Origin: Candidatus Falkowbacteria bacterium RIFCSPLOWO2_12_FULL_45_13
GTDB lineage: Bacteria; Patescibacteriota; Patescibacteriia; Patescibacteriales; GWC2-42-12
Length of the DNA stretch: 64,000 bases
Reading direction: 5' to 3'
Assembly (NCBI GenBank): GCA_001778055.1
Contig: MFFY01000061.1
Location: forward strand, 515 to 64,514
Below, one piece after another: positions 17,282-25,771 of the stretch. The translations under genes were made by a program, and so were the position numbers. The notes below the pieces were generated by a model. The model saw only the letters and a program-made list of their open reading frames with translations, searched no databases and was not told the DNA's origin. The stretch's first letter is position 1. Every line of letters begins with the position of its first letter.

Positions 17282-18043
17282 CTACATCCACTTCGCCGTG
17301 GACAAGACTAATAATAAGCTGATTGATCCCAAAATTAAATACATTTTTACCTTGGCCGCGTCCAATTTTAGAAGTAAATGATTTTTAACCAGGCCGATAA
17401 CCACATAATAGCAAATCGCCAAGCTCAAGCCGGAAATATTATAATTAAACGGCAAAAAGGAAATTGACCAAAATAATTCAACCAAAATCAGGCAACTGAT
17501 TAAAATATAAGGCAAACTGGGCATCAGTTCTATCTTGTTGGCCCAAATTATCTGATAAACCAGCAAACTTGTCAAGCTTATCATAATGAGCACCAGCCAA
17601 GAAATCGGCAAGTTCAAAAAGGACGCCAGGCCGTAAACCGTGGCCGCCAGCAAAAAAAAGGTCAGCCAGTTGATATATGAGGAGATATTTTCTATGCTAA
17701 AAACTTCATAGGCCAAAGGGTTAAGCAAATAATAATAAACATACCGTAAATATAAATATAAAAAAACCAAATTAAAAAAATACAGTAGTTGAATAATAAG
17801 CTTAAAACTTAAAAAAACCGAATAGCTCATCACCGCCACGGACATAACGGCCGGCAAGATTAAGTAATTCCACCAGCGCTTATCAATTTCGCTGGTTTGG
17901 CTAAATTGCCAAACCGTGAAAAAAATCAGTAAATTTACCAAAACTGCGGCTACGTAAATCAGTTTCGGAGACAAATAATACATTTCTTCAAGTAAAAAAA
18001 CCAACGCCGGAATTATTAAGGGCAATAAACGATTAAGCTTCAT
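17282..18043 (-). CDS. Hypothetical polytopic membrane protein
   Basis: 253 aa, highly hydrophobic with many predicted TM helices. No recognisable family. Confidence 0.5.
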   Translation of the reverse strand: MKLNRLLPLIIPALVFLLEEMYYLSPKLIYVAAVLVNLLIFFTVWQFSQTSEIDKRWWNYLILPAVMSVAVMSYSVFLSFKLIIQLLYFFNLVFLYLYLRYVYYYLLNPLAYEVFSIENISSYINWLTFFLLAATVYGLASFLNLPISWLVLIMISLTSLLVYQIIWANKIELMPSLPYILISCLILVELFWSISFLPFNYNISGLSLAICYYVVIGLVKNHLLLKLDAAKVKMYLILGSISLLLVLSTAKWM

Positions 18044-18046
18044 ATA

Positions 18047-18463
18047 TTAATTATTCAACCAGCTATAATCAGCTTTCAATTGATTGGCCATTTGTTGGCT
18101 GGCGTTTTTTTCTTGCTCTTTCTTGCCGATCAAATAATTTTCCATCCGATCCAAGGTTAAAACAAAATTCAAATGCATGGTCCGAAATTTTGCCTGAAAA
18201 CCCTTCATCTCCAGCAAGGCATTTCTTAATTCCTCGATTTTTTTGATCGTCAGCTTATTATCCAAAACCAATTTCTCGTAAGAGGAAAGAATTGCTTTTA
18301 CCCCGGCTTTATACTCCTCTTCAGGCATGGCGATTTTCTCTTTTTCCGCCATGCGGACAGACTGCCCAACCTCTTTTAAAGAGCCTGAAGTCAAGATCAA
18401 ATAAAAAAATAACAGCAAAAAAACAGCTAGAAAAAAAATCAAGACTCCGGTTCTTTTTGTCAT
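18047..18463 (-). CDS. Hypothetical membrane-anchored coiled-coil protein
   Basis: 138 aa. N-terminal TM then a charged helical region. It is 4 bp from the downstream ORF, so likely an operon. Confidence 0.5.
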   Translation of the reverse strand: MTKRTGVLIFFLAVFLLLFFYLILTSGSLKEVGQSVRMAEKEKIAMPEEEYKAGVKAILSSYEKLVLDNKLTIKKIEELRNALLEMKGFQAKFRTMHLNFVLTLDRMENYLIGKKEQEKNASQQMANQLKADYSWLNN

Positions 18464-18629
18464 ATAGAATAATTTAATAGTACTTACGCGCTCTCCAATA
18501 TTATCTAAAGTTAATAAAAATTGTTAATTTATGCCAACCAACTGTAATTACCCGCAAATCTACAAATCAGCTACGAATACTACCAATGCTATTCGTGATA
18601 TTCGTAGCTGATTTGTAGATTTGCGGGAG

Positions 18630-18971
18630 CTATATACCAAATTTTTTAGCTTCCATTTCCAGCCAATCGTTTATCGCTTCGTCCCATTTATAGGCTTTTA
18701 ATTTGTGGCTTTTTTCCTTCGGGCTGTAAACATATTCCACCACGGTCTCGGCGCCAAGACGGTTGGAATATTTGGTTTTTTTATCAATGACCGCCGGCTT
18801 GGTGATAAATTCTAATTTCATCCTGCCCAACGGGCCTTTAAAAATAATATATTCAACCTCAACGCCGCCTTGTTCTTCAAGGTATCGTTTTTCGCACTCT
18901 TCCACCTCATAATTATCTTTTATATTGCCGACGATTTGTTGCCATTTTTCTGACGTCATAAAATAAAGCAT
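18630..18971 (-). CDS. Hypothetical protein
   Basis: 113 aa ORF, no recognisable motifs. Confidence 0.45.
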   Translation of the reverse strand: MLYFMTSEKWQQIVGNIKDNYEVEECEKRYLEEQGGVEVEYIIFKGPLGRMKLEFITKPAVIDKKTKYSNRLGAETVVEYVYSPKEKSHKLKAYKWDEAINDWLEMEAKKFGI

Positions 18972-19012
18972 TAATTATGGGACCTACCCGGTTGACTGGC
19001 GGTTGGCTGAAA

Positions 19013-20056
19013 TTAATAATAGGACGCTTGAGTTTCCGGATTTCTTTTATTATTTCGCGCCACATCTTTGCTGATTAAACCGTCCGAGAATAGCTTATCG
19101 ATCGCTTTATTCATCGTCATCATGCCATCTCTTTGTCCGGTCTGAATAACTGAATAAATTTGGCCGATTTGATTGCTTCTGATTAAATTAGCTGTGGCCG
19201 AATTATTAATCATAATCTCTCTGGCTGCCACTCGCCCGCCGCCAATTTTTGGCACTAAGGCTTGAGCGATTACGGCGCGTAAAATCGAGGACAACTGGAT
19301 CAAGATTTGTTTCTGGCGATGGGATGGAAAAACGTCAACAATGCGGTTGATCGTTTCCGGGGCGGTAGAAGTATGCAAAGTGGAAATAACTAAATGGCCA
19401 GTCTCGGCCGCGGTTATGACCGCCGAGATTGTCTCGGCATCCCTCATCTCGCCGAGCATGATAACATTGGGATCTTGCCTCAAGGCATACTTTAAAGCCG
19501 AAGCAAAGCTGATGGTATCATGGCCTAACTCACGTTGTTCAATGATGCTTTGTTCTTCCGCAAATAAATATTCTACCGGATCCTCAATCGTCACGATGTG
19601 GGCGCGCCGTTCATTATTGATTATGTTAATCATGCAAGCCATGGTGGTGGATTTGCCCGAGCCGGACGGACCAGTGACAATAATCAAGCCGTCTCTTAAA
19701 TGAGTCAGCCTGTACAGCACATCATTAAATCTCAACTCTAAAGGCGTTGGTATGGTTTTAGACACCAATCTGGCGGTCAGGCCAATTTTGCCCTCCTGAT
19801 AATGCAAATTAACTCTGAAGCGGCTGCCGAAAAAATCCTGGGAAAAATCCAATTCGCGCTTGCGAGCTAATTTTTCCATGGTTTTTTTACTAATCAAGGA
19901 AGAAATAGCCCGTTCCAAATCATAACCGTTGATAACGCCTTGATTCAATTTAACCAAATCGCCGCCGATGCGTAAAGCCGGAGCGCTGCCGGCTGCTAAA
20001 TGCAAATCAGAAGCATTTTGTTTAATCGCTTGCTTAAAATAATGGCTAATATCCAT
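19013..20056 (-). CDS. pilT: Type IV pilus retraction ATPase PilT (twitching motility protein)
   Basis: 347 aa. Walker A GLIIVTGPSGSGKSTT, then HIVTIEDPVEY, His box and Asp box, and a length typical of PilT. Confidence 0.9.
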   Translation of the reverse strand: MDISHYFKQAIKQNASDLHLAAGSAPALRIGGDLVKLNQGVINGYDLERAISSLISKKTMEKLARKRELDFSQDFFGSRFRVNLHYQEGKIGLTARLVSKTIPTPLELRFNDVLYRLTHLRDGLIIVTGPSGSGKSTTMACMINIINNERRAHIVTIEDPVEYLFAEEQSIIEQRELGHDTISFASALKYALRQDPNVIMLGEMRDAETISAVITAAETGHLVISTLHTSTAPETINRIVDVFPSHRQKQILIQLSSILRAVIAQALVPKIGGGRVAAREIMINNSATANLIRSNQIGQIYSVIQTGQRDGMMTMNKAIDKLFSDGLISKDVARNNKRNPETQASYY

Positions 20057-20194
20057 ATAAGACGAATTATATTTACAACTATACTATAACACAGTTATCC
20101 ATTAAATTACAAACCGGCATTTCTTGCAACCAGAAACTCGCAACTCATAACTCAAAATGTAAAAAACCATAAACTCGGCGACCGTGGACCTGGG

Positions 20195-20785
20195 TTACGT
20201 TTTTTTGGTTAAGAGCTGCGGGTTGTGAGATCTGCTGAATTCGCAGCCGCAATAATTCTGCCGATATAAACCAAGCTGGCGCGATAGCGCGGCGGATTTC
20301 TTAAAGCCGTCTTGTTTTTTTAAATCTTGGGTGAGAAACTTAAGCTGAAAATTCGCCGCCGCGCCTTGGCCGATTTTATTGACGGCCAAAGCGTCCTTAT
20401 GCGGACTAGTAGTCAGGGTGGTAATTAAATACTCGCGGTTTAATTTTTTCGCCACGGCCGCGGCTTTATCCAACCTGAATTTATAGCAGATCAGGCAACG
20501 CTGGCCCCGTTCCGGATCGTTTTCGCGTCCGCGCACCGCTTCAAGCCATCGATTATGATCGTACGCGCCTTCAATTAATTTCAAATTAAATTGTTCAGCA
20601 ATTTTTTCCGCCTCGGCCAGCCGTTTATTATATTCCTCTTCCGGCCAAATATTAGGATTATAAAAAAACAGCATTATATCATAATCCTGTTTGAGAAGCT
20701 GACTGGCGTAAACGCCACAACCGACGCAGCAAATATGGAGCAACAGGCTAGATTTCTGGTTTAGCGGATTTAACGCTTGTCTCAT
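20195..20785 (-). CDS. queH: Epoxyqueuosine reductase QueH (DUF208)
   Basis: 196 aa. LLLHICCVGCG near the N-terminus and YRQNYCGCEFS near the C-terminus are QueH cysteine motifs. Confidence 0.85.
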   Translation of the reverse strand: MRQALNPLNQKSSLLLHICCVGCGVYASQLLKQDYDIMLFFYNPNIWPEEEYNKRLAEAEKIAEQFNLKLIEGAYDHNRWLEAVRGRENDPERGQRCLICYKFRLDKAAAVAKKLNREYLITTLTTSPHKDALAVNKIGQGAAANFQLKFLTQDLKKQDGFKKSAALSRQLGLYRQNYCGCEFSRSHNPQLLTKKT

Positions 20786-21123
20786 TTTATTTTACTTTTA
20801 ATCATAATTAACAGCATTTTAAATCGTGCAATAGCTTTAAGCGAGTGCGGTTGATCGGCCGGCATGATAATCATGTCGCCGGACGCTAATTTTTTTGTCT
20901 GGCCAGAAATTCTGATATCCGCCCGGCCATCAAATAAATATACCAAAGCGTCATAGGGCGCGGTGTGTTCGCTTAAACCCTGGCCTTGGTCGAAGGCGAA
21001 CAAAGTCACCGTGCCTAAGGGCTGATTAATTATGGTCCGGCTGACGATCGTTCCCTTCTGATAATTAATTGATTCTAATAAATTTTCTTTCTTTGACATA
21101 TTACTTTTTATCAGCTTGACCAT
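20782..21123 (-). CDS. Cupin-domain protein
   Basis: 113 aa. G(X)5HXH-like segment GLSEHTAPYDALVYLFDGRA and PADQPHSL. It overlaps both neighbours by a few bp. Confidence 0.55.
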   Translation of the reverse strand: MVKLIKSNMSKKENLLESINYQKGTIVSRTIINQPLGTVTLFAFDQGQGLSEHTAPYDALVYLFDGRADIRISGQTKKLASGDMIIMPADQPHSLKAIARFKMLLIMIKSKIK

Positions 21124-22396
21124 GATTAACCTTAAAGTATTTTCTCCCCCTTAACTTCCCCGGCAGATAGTCCTGCTTTTCTTTATAATCATAATCCGGG
21201 CTGTATTTATAGTCTTGGCCGTAGCCCAGCTCCTTCATCAGCTTGGTGGGCGCGTTCCTGATAGACAAAGGTACCGGCAAATTGCCATATTCATGAACAT
21301 CAGCCGCGGCTTGTTTATAGGCTATGTATAAATCATTAGACTTTTCGCACTTGGCCATATAAACCACGGCCTGGGCTAAAATAACATTGCCTTCCGGCAG
21401 GCCGATAAAATGGCAGGCCTGATAGGCGGCCACGGCCTGCTCCAGGGCGCGCGAATTGGCCAAGCCGATATCCTCCGAGGCAAAGCGCACCAGCCGGCGG
21501 GCGATATAGAGCGGATCTTCGCCCGCCTCGGTCATGCGCGCCAGCCAATACAAGGCCGCGTCCGCGTCAGACCCGCGCATGGCCTTATGCAGAGCGGAAA
21601 TTATATTATAGTGCTCATCTCCGTCCTTATCGTATAACAAATGAGACTTTTGAAAAGCTTCTTTAATAATCTCGGCTGTTATTTCTTTACTCCCCTCTCC
21701 TTGAGTTACACCCTCTCCTTTAGAAGGAGAGGGTTGGGGTGAGGTGGCCGCGTACTCCAAAACATTCAGCGCCGCGCGCGCGTCGCCGTTGGACAGGCGC
21801 GCCAATAAATTTATGGCGGCCGCGTCTATTTTAATTTTAAATACGCCCAGTCCCCTGGCCTTGTCTGCCAACGCTCTTTTAATAATTTCTCCTATCTGCG
21901 TTTCGTCTAATTGCTTTAAAACAAACACGCGGCAGCGCGACAACAAAGCTCCGCGCACTTCAAAGCTGGGGTTTTCCGTGGTGGCGCCAATCAGAATAAT
22001 GACGCCGCGCTCCACCTGCGGCAACAGCGCGTCCTGCTGGGCTTTATTCCAACGGTGGATTTCATCAATGAATAAAATGGTTTTTTTGCCCTCAATGCTG
22101 TTTTCTTTGGCTTTTTTTATAATCAGCCTCAAATCCTTCAAACCGCTGGTAACGGCGCTAATGCGTAAAAATTCCGACTTGGTTTGCCTGGCGATGATAT
22201 GGGCCAAGGTGGTTTTGCCGCTACCCGGCGGGCCCCAAAAAATCATGGAGGGCAACTGGTCACCGGTTATGGCCTGCCTTAATAATTTTCCCGACCCGAC
22301 GATTTCATCCTGTCCTAAAAAATCTGCCAGCGTCTCTGGCCGCAGCCGATCGGCTAGGGGTGAAGTATTTAGTATATTTGGAGCCGTTGTTTCCAT
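21101..22396 (-). CDS. rarA: Replication-associated recombination protein A (RarA/MgsA AAA+ ATPase)
   Basis: 431 aa. Walker A FWGPPGSGKTTLA, Walker B ILFIDEIHRWNKAQQDALL, and the C-terminal RarA helical domain (ISALHKAMRGSDADAALYW). Confidence 0.9.
   Translation of the reverse strand: METTAPNILNTSPLADRLRPETLADFLGQDEIVGSGKLLRQAITGDQLPSMIFWGPPGSGKTTLAHIIARQTKSEFLRISAVTSGLKDLRLIIKKAKENSIEGKKTILFIDEIHRWNKAQQDALLPQVERGVIILIGATTENPSFEVRGALLSRCRVFVLKQLDETQIGEIIKRALADKARGLGVFKIKIDAAAINLLARLSNGDARAALNVLEYAATSPQPSPSKGEGVTQGEGSKEITAEIIKEAFQKSHLLYDKDGDEHYNIISALHKAMRGSDADAALYWLARMTEAGEDPLYIARRLVRFASEDIGLANSRALEQAVAAYQACHFIGLPEGNVILAQAVVYMAKCEKSNDLYIAYKQAAADVHEYGNLPVPLSIRNAPTKLMKELGYGQDYKYSPDYDYKEKQDYLPGKLRGRKYFKVNHGQADKK
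21690..21748. repeat. Palindromic element (C-rich / GGAGAGGG family) inside rarA
   Basis: ctcccctctccttgagttacaccctctcctttagaaggagagggttggggtgagg. It encodes SPQPSPSKGEGVTQGEGSK in the RarA linker. Confidence 0.6.
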
Positions 22397-22445
22397 ATTT
22401 CGTAATATTTACCTGAAAATATATAAAATTGTAGCTTCAAAATTT

Positions 22446-23150
22446 TTACACTCCAAATCGTCTCTTTCTCTCCGCGAATTCTTTAATGATCATATCCGCG
22501 TCCAGCTCCTCAAAATCGGGCCAATATTTTTTAATAAAAAATAATTCGCTGTAAGCCGCCTGCCACATCATAAAGCCGGACAGCCTTTGCTCGCCCGAAG
22601 TGCGCACAATTATATCCGGATCGCTTAAATCCCCGTTATATAAATATTTTTTTATCATGCCTTCATGCACTTGTTCCAATTCAACTTTATTTTTCATCAT
22701 TTTGCGCACGGCGTCAACGATTTCCGCCCGACCACCGTAATTTAAGCAAAAATTTATAATACCGCGTTTGTTGGCTTGAGTTTCGGCGATTATTTCCAGG
22801 CACTTGGCCGGCAAATCTCCGGGCAGTTCTTTCAGCCGACCGCTGATTAAGACTTTATAACCCTCTTTTTTGGCCTGTTCGCGCAAACTGAACTCAACCG
22901 CGTTTAAGAGCAGCTTCATCAAATAGTTTACTTCTTCCGGCTGCCGCTGCCAATTTTCCGTGGAAAAAGCGTAAAATGATAAAATTTTAACCCCGCGGGA
23001 AAAAAACCAGTCCGACGCCAGCTTTAATTTCTCGTAGCCCTTTTGATGGCCTTCAAAAGTCGGCAGGTTTCTTTCCTTGGCCCAGCGCCGGTTGCCATCC
23101 ATAATAATGCCGACATGAACGGGTATGTCTTGTTTCTTTTTTTCAGACAT
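22446..23150 (-). CDS. uppS: Undecaprenyl diphosphate synthase (isoprenyl transferase)
   Basis: 234 aa. HVGIIMDGNRRWA and FSTENWQR motifs. Confidence 0.9.
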   Translation of the reverse strand: MSEKKKQDIPVHVGIIMDGNRRWAKERNLPTFEGHQKGYEKLKLASDWFFSRGVKILSFYAFSTENWQRQPEEVNYLMKLLLNAVEFSLREQAKKEGYKVLISGRLKELPGDLPAKCLEIIAETQANKRGIINFCLNYGGRAEIVDAVRKMMKNKVELEQVHEGMIKKYLYNGDLSDPDIIVRTSGEQRLSGFMMWQAAYSELFFIKKYWPDFEELDADMIIKEFAERKRRFGV

Positions 23151-23342
23151 AAATAAAATTTCTAATTGTTCTAATTTCCCCGACCCGCATCGCGTTAAAT
23201 AGTCTGCTAATAATTATTCGTCTATATCTACTAAACAACTTAAATTGACAAACAAGTAAACGGCGAGCGAGGAAGGTTAATTGACCTAATAAAATTCCAA
23301 TGACCAAATCCCAATGACCAATAAAATTTCAAGCCCCAAGCC

Positions 23343-23909
23343 TTAATTGATTTTTTCCAAAGATTCGGCTACGGCCGGAGAAACGAACCCTCGATAAGCC
23401 TGGCTTCTAATCCTTTTCAAGAGCCTCTCCACTTCCAGCCGAGAATAGGCGTGCATGCCGTAAACCGTACCCATTTTCATTTTATCAGGTAAAATCGGCA
23501 GGCGATAAACCCGGCCTTCGGCCTCGGGCTGACTGTGGAAGATGATGCCCCGGGCGTAACCGGAGGTATTATTCACCGAAACGCTGGCGAAGGAAAGCAC
23601 CACGAGATAATTCAGTTCTAATTCCGGTTTTTCCACCAAGGGAATGGCGGAAATAATATTGGCATTAACGAAAAGCGGATGCTGGATAATCGAATGATGG
23701 TCGGCGGTCGAAATCAAAGGCAACCGGCCAAGCTGTCCGGCCACACCCGACGCCACCTCTTCACCCAATTTGACCGTCAACAGATCCCGGATAATTTTGA
23801 TCAATTGCGGTTTTCTGCTGTCTAAAAGCGGCATTGTATTGACATCGAGAAAATCTTTGGCGTATTCGTAAAGCGCCAGGTCTTTGTGCTGAGCCATGAT
23901 TTTCCCCAA
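23343..23909 (-). CDS. Hypothetical protein
   Basis: 188 aa ORF upstream of uppS. No recognisable family. Confidence 0.45.
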   Translation of the reverse strand: MGKIMAQHKDLALYEYAKDFLDVNTMPLLDSRKPQLIKIIRDLLTVKLGEEVASGVAGQLGRLPLISTADHHSIIQHPLFVNANIISAIPLVEKPELELNYLVVLSFASVSVNNTSGYARGIIFHSQPEAEGRVYRLPILPDKMKMGTVYGMHAYSRLEVERLLKRIRSQAYRGFVSPAVAESLEKIN

Positions 23910-24140
23910 AATCGGGCGACGGCGTCAAATCGCTTCTTTAATTTCCTTAATTAGTAGTGGAACGTCGTCATTACTCATAAAATATGACAATGAACTGATT
24001 ACTATTTAATGTTTTAAAACATTGAAAATTAAGTTATTGGAAACTATTTAAAAATTAAAAATTATAAAATCTAAAAATTTTTTTTAATACGCGAGCGAAG
24101 CGAGCGCGTTCCATGCGCTCAAACTGCTCAATGTTTCACT

Positions 24141-24214
24141 TGGTCGGGCCACTGGGAATTGAACCCAGTCTACACGCACCCGAAGCGTGTGTACTACCGG
24201 TATACGATGGCCCG
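24141..24214 (-). tRNA. tRNA-Pro (anticodon CGG)
   Basis: Hand fold of the reverse complement: acceptor CGGGCCA/TGGCCCG, D arm GTAT-ACCGGTA-GTAC, anticodon stem CACGC/GCGTG with loop TTCGGGT, T arm CTGGG-TTCAATT-CCCAG, then A-CCA. 74 nt. Confidence 0.85.
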
Positions 24215-24285
24215 TAGAAATTTTAGATTTGCGATTTCTGATTTTAGATTTTAAAATTGCTAAATCGTAAATCGAAAATATTTTT

Positions 24286-24359
24286 TGGTGGACTCACCGG
24301 GAATCGGACCCGGACCTCGGCAATGCGAATGCCGCGTAATACCGTTTTACTATGAGCCC
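24286..24359 (-). tRNA. tRNA-Ala (anticodon CGC) with G3:U70 identity pair
   Basis: Reverse complement gives GGGCTCA TA GTAA-AACGGTA-TTAC G CGGCA-TTCGCAT-TGCCG AGGT CCGGG-TCCGATT-CCCGG TGAGTCC A CCA. Acceptor position 3 is a G:T pair. 74 nt. Confidence 0.8.
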
Positions 24360-24401
24360 CTTTTAAATTTACGAATTACGATTTTCGATTTACGATTTAA
24401 A

Positions 24402-25139
24402 TTATTTTACCAACTCAATTCCATTAATCACCACATCCTCTATCGGCCGGTCATTCTCGCTGACTTCAACCTTTTCAACTTTCTCTACTATGTCCAATCC
24501 GGCCGTAACATAGCCGAAATTCGTGTGCTTGCCGTCCAGCCAGGGAGTGGAATCCTTGGTCACGATAAAAAATTGCGAACCGTTGGTGTTGGGGCCTGAA
24601 TTGGCCATGGCCAAACTACCTTTAACTAATTTGTGCCGGTTAATTTCGTCCTGAAATTTATAGCCTGGCCCGCCCTGGCCATCGTTTGACGGATCATCGT
24701 CTTTACTTAAAGGATCGCCGCCCTGGATCATAAAATCTTTTATCACCCGGTGGAATTTCGTCCCGTCGTAAAAGCCGGCTTGAGCTAAATTTAAAAAATT
24801 ATTAACCGTAATCGAGGCTTCCGCGGCGTAAAATTTTACCGTGATATCGCCCAGATTGGTTTTAATTATGGCGCCGCTGAACTCCGTCGCCAGATTTGCC
24901 AGTTGTTTTTGGCTAGCGCCTGCCGACTCGGCCGGTTCGGCCGGCGGTTCGGTTTTACCGGTGGGTTTTACGTTAGGCTTTAAGCCGTTTTTTATCGCGG
25001 TCATTCTATCTACTATATCCGCTTGGCTAAAATTGTCCATAGCCGGAGGCGCGCTGACCTCATCGTAGCTATACGGCTTCTCCTCGACGCAAGCGGTGGT
25101 TAGTAATAAAATAAAAATAATAAATAATAATTTTTTCAT
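24402..25139 (-). CDS. ppiB: Peptidyl-prolyl cis-trans isomerase, cyclophilin type (lipoprotein)
   Basis: 245 aa. Lipoprotein signal LLLTTAC, cyclophilin core FHRVIKDFMIQGGDP, SLAMANSGPNTNGSQFFI, WLDGKHTNFG. Confidence 0.9.
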   Translation of the reverse strand: MKKLLFIIFILLLTTACVEEKPYSYDEVSAPPAMDNFSQADIVDRMTAIKNGLKPNVKPTGKTEPPAEPAESAGASQKQLANLATEFSGAIIKTNLGDITVKFYAAEASITVNNFLNLAQAGFYDGTKFHRVIKDFMIQGGDPLSKDDDPSNDGQGGPGYKFQDEINRHKLVKGSLAMANSGPNTNGSQFFIVTKDSTPWLDGKHTNFGYVTAGLDIVEKVEKVEVSENDRPIEDVVINGIELVK

Positions 25140-25171
25140 AATTTTTATTATCTGGCTTGGCCTGCCAAGCT

Positions 25172-25768
25172 CTATTTTTTAATTACCGCTTTATCCAAAA
25201 TTTTCATCGCTGCCATATAATTGTCCCTGATCAGCTGCCTCCCCGCCGGCATGATTTTTTTCCAGCTGCGCTCAAGTTTACCTTTCAGCCAGATCGCGCC
25301 TTCTCTGGTTTTTAACTTATGAATGCCATATACCAAAAACATCATATCCGCCAGCTCGGTAAAATGCGACATGGCGTCGGCCGAAGCCAAAATTTTTTCC
25401 TCCAGGCTTAGCCGCGGTCTGGACTTGCTGCCGCGATGATTTAAAATGCAGTTTTTTATTTTTACAATTTTTTCTTCAGGTAAAGCCAAACCACTTAAAA
25501 TTTTTCCGGCCATTTTGGCGCCATGACGATGATGATCAGGAATATATTTTTTATCGGTGATGGCCGCCACATCATGCAATAAGGCCGACAGTTCCAGCAC
25601 TTCCAGATCCGCTTTTAATATTTTCCCCAATTTTATGCTGTGTTCAACCACCGGCAGGATATGATACCGCCAGACGGTCTCCTGATAAAAGTTATCCGGC
25701 GAATCGCTGGCTCGTTTAACCAAAGCGGCGACCTGATTTCTTACTTTTTTATAATTATATTTTTTCAT
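25172..25768 (-). CDS. HD-domain phosphohydrolase
   Basis: 198 aa. HD motif region HSIKLGK...ALLHDVA and downstream His residues. Confidence 0.7.
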   Translation of the reverse strand: MKKYNYKKVRNQVAALVKRASDSPDNFYQETVWRYHILPVVEHSIKLGKILKADLEVLELSALLHDVAAITDKKYIPDHHRHGAKMAGKILSGLALPEEKIVKIKNCILNHRGSKSRPRLSLEEKILASADAMSHFTELADMMFLVYGIHKLKTREGAIWLKGKLERSWKKIMPAGRQLIRDNYMAAMKILDKAVIKK

Positions 25769-25771
25769 GAT

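Noticed and set aside
21336-21637. Short ORFs (70-75 aa) on both strands inside rarA
   Set aside because: They are nested within a strongly supported RarA ORF in a GC-rich stretch. Their Arg/Gly-rich low-complexity translations are typical of spurious frames.
24215-24400. Possible CRISPR array, suggested by short AT-rich repeats (tttagatttt, aaatcgtaaatcg) around the tRNA genes
   Set aside because: The repeats are irregular, short and AT-rich with no constant repeat-spacer periodicity. They flank two clear tRNA genes. No cas genes are in the window.
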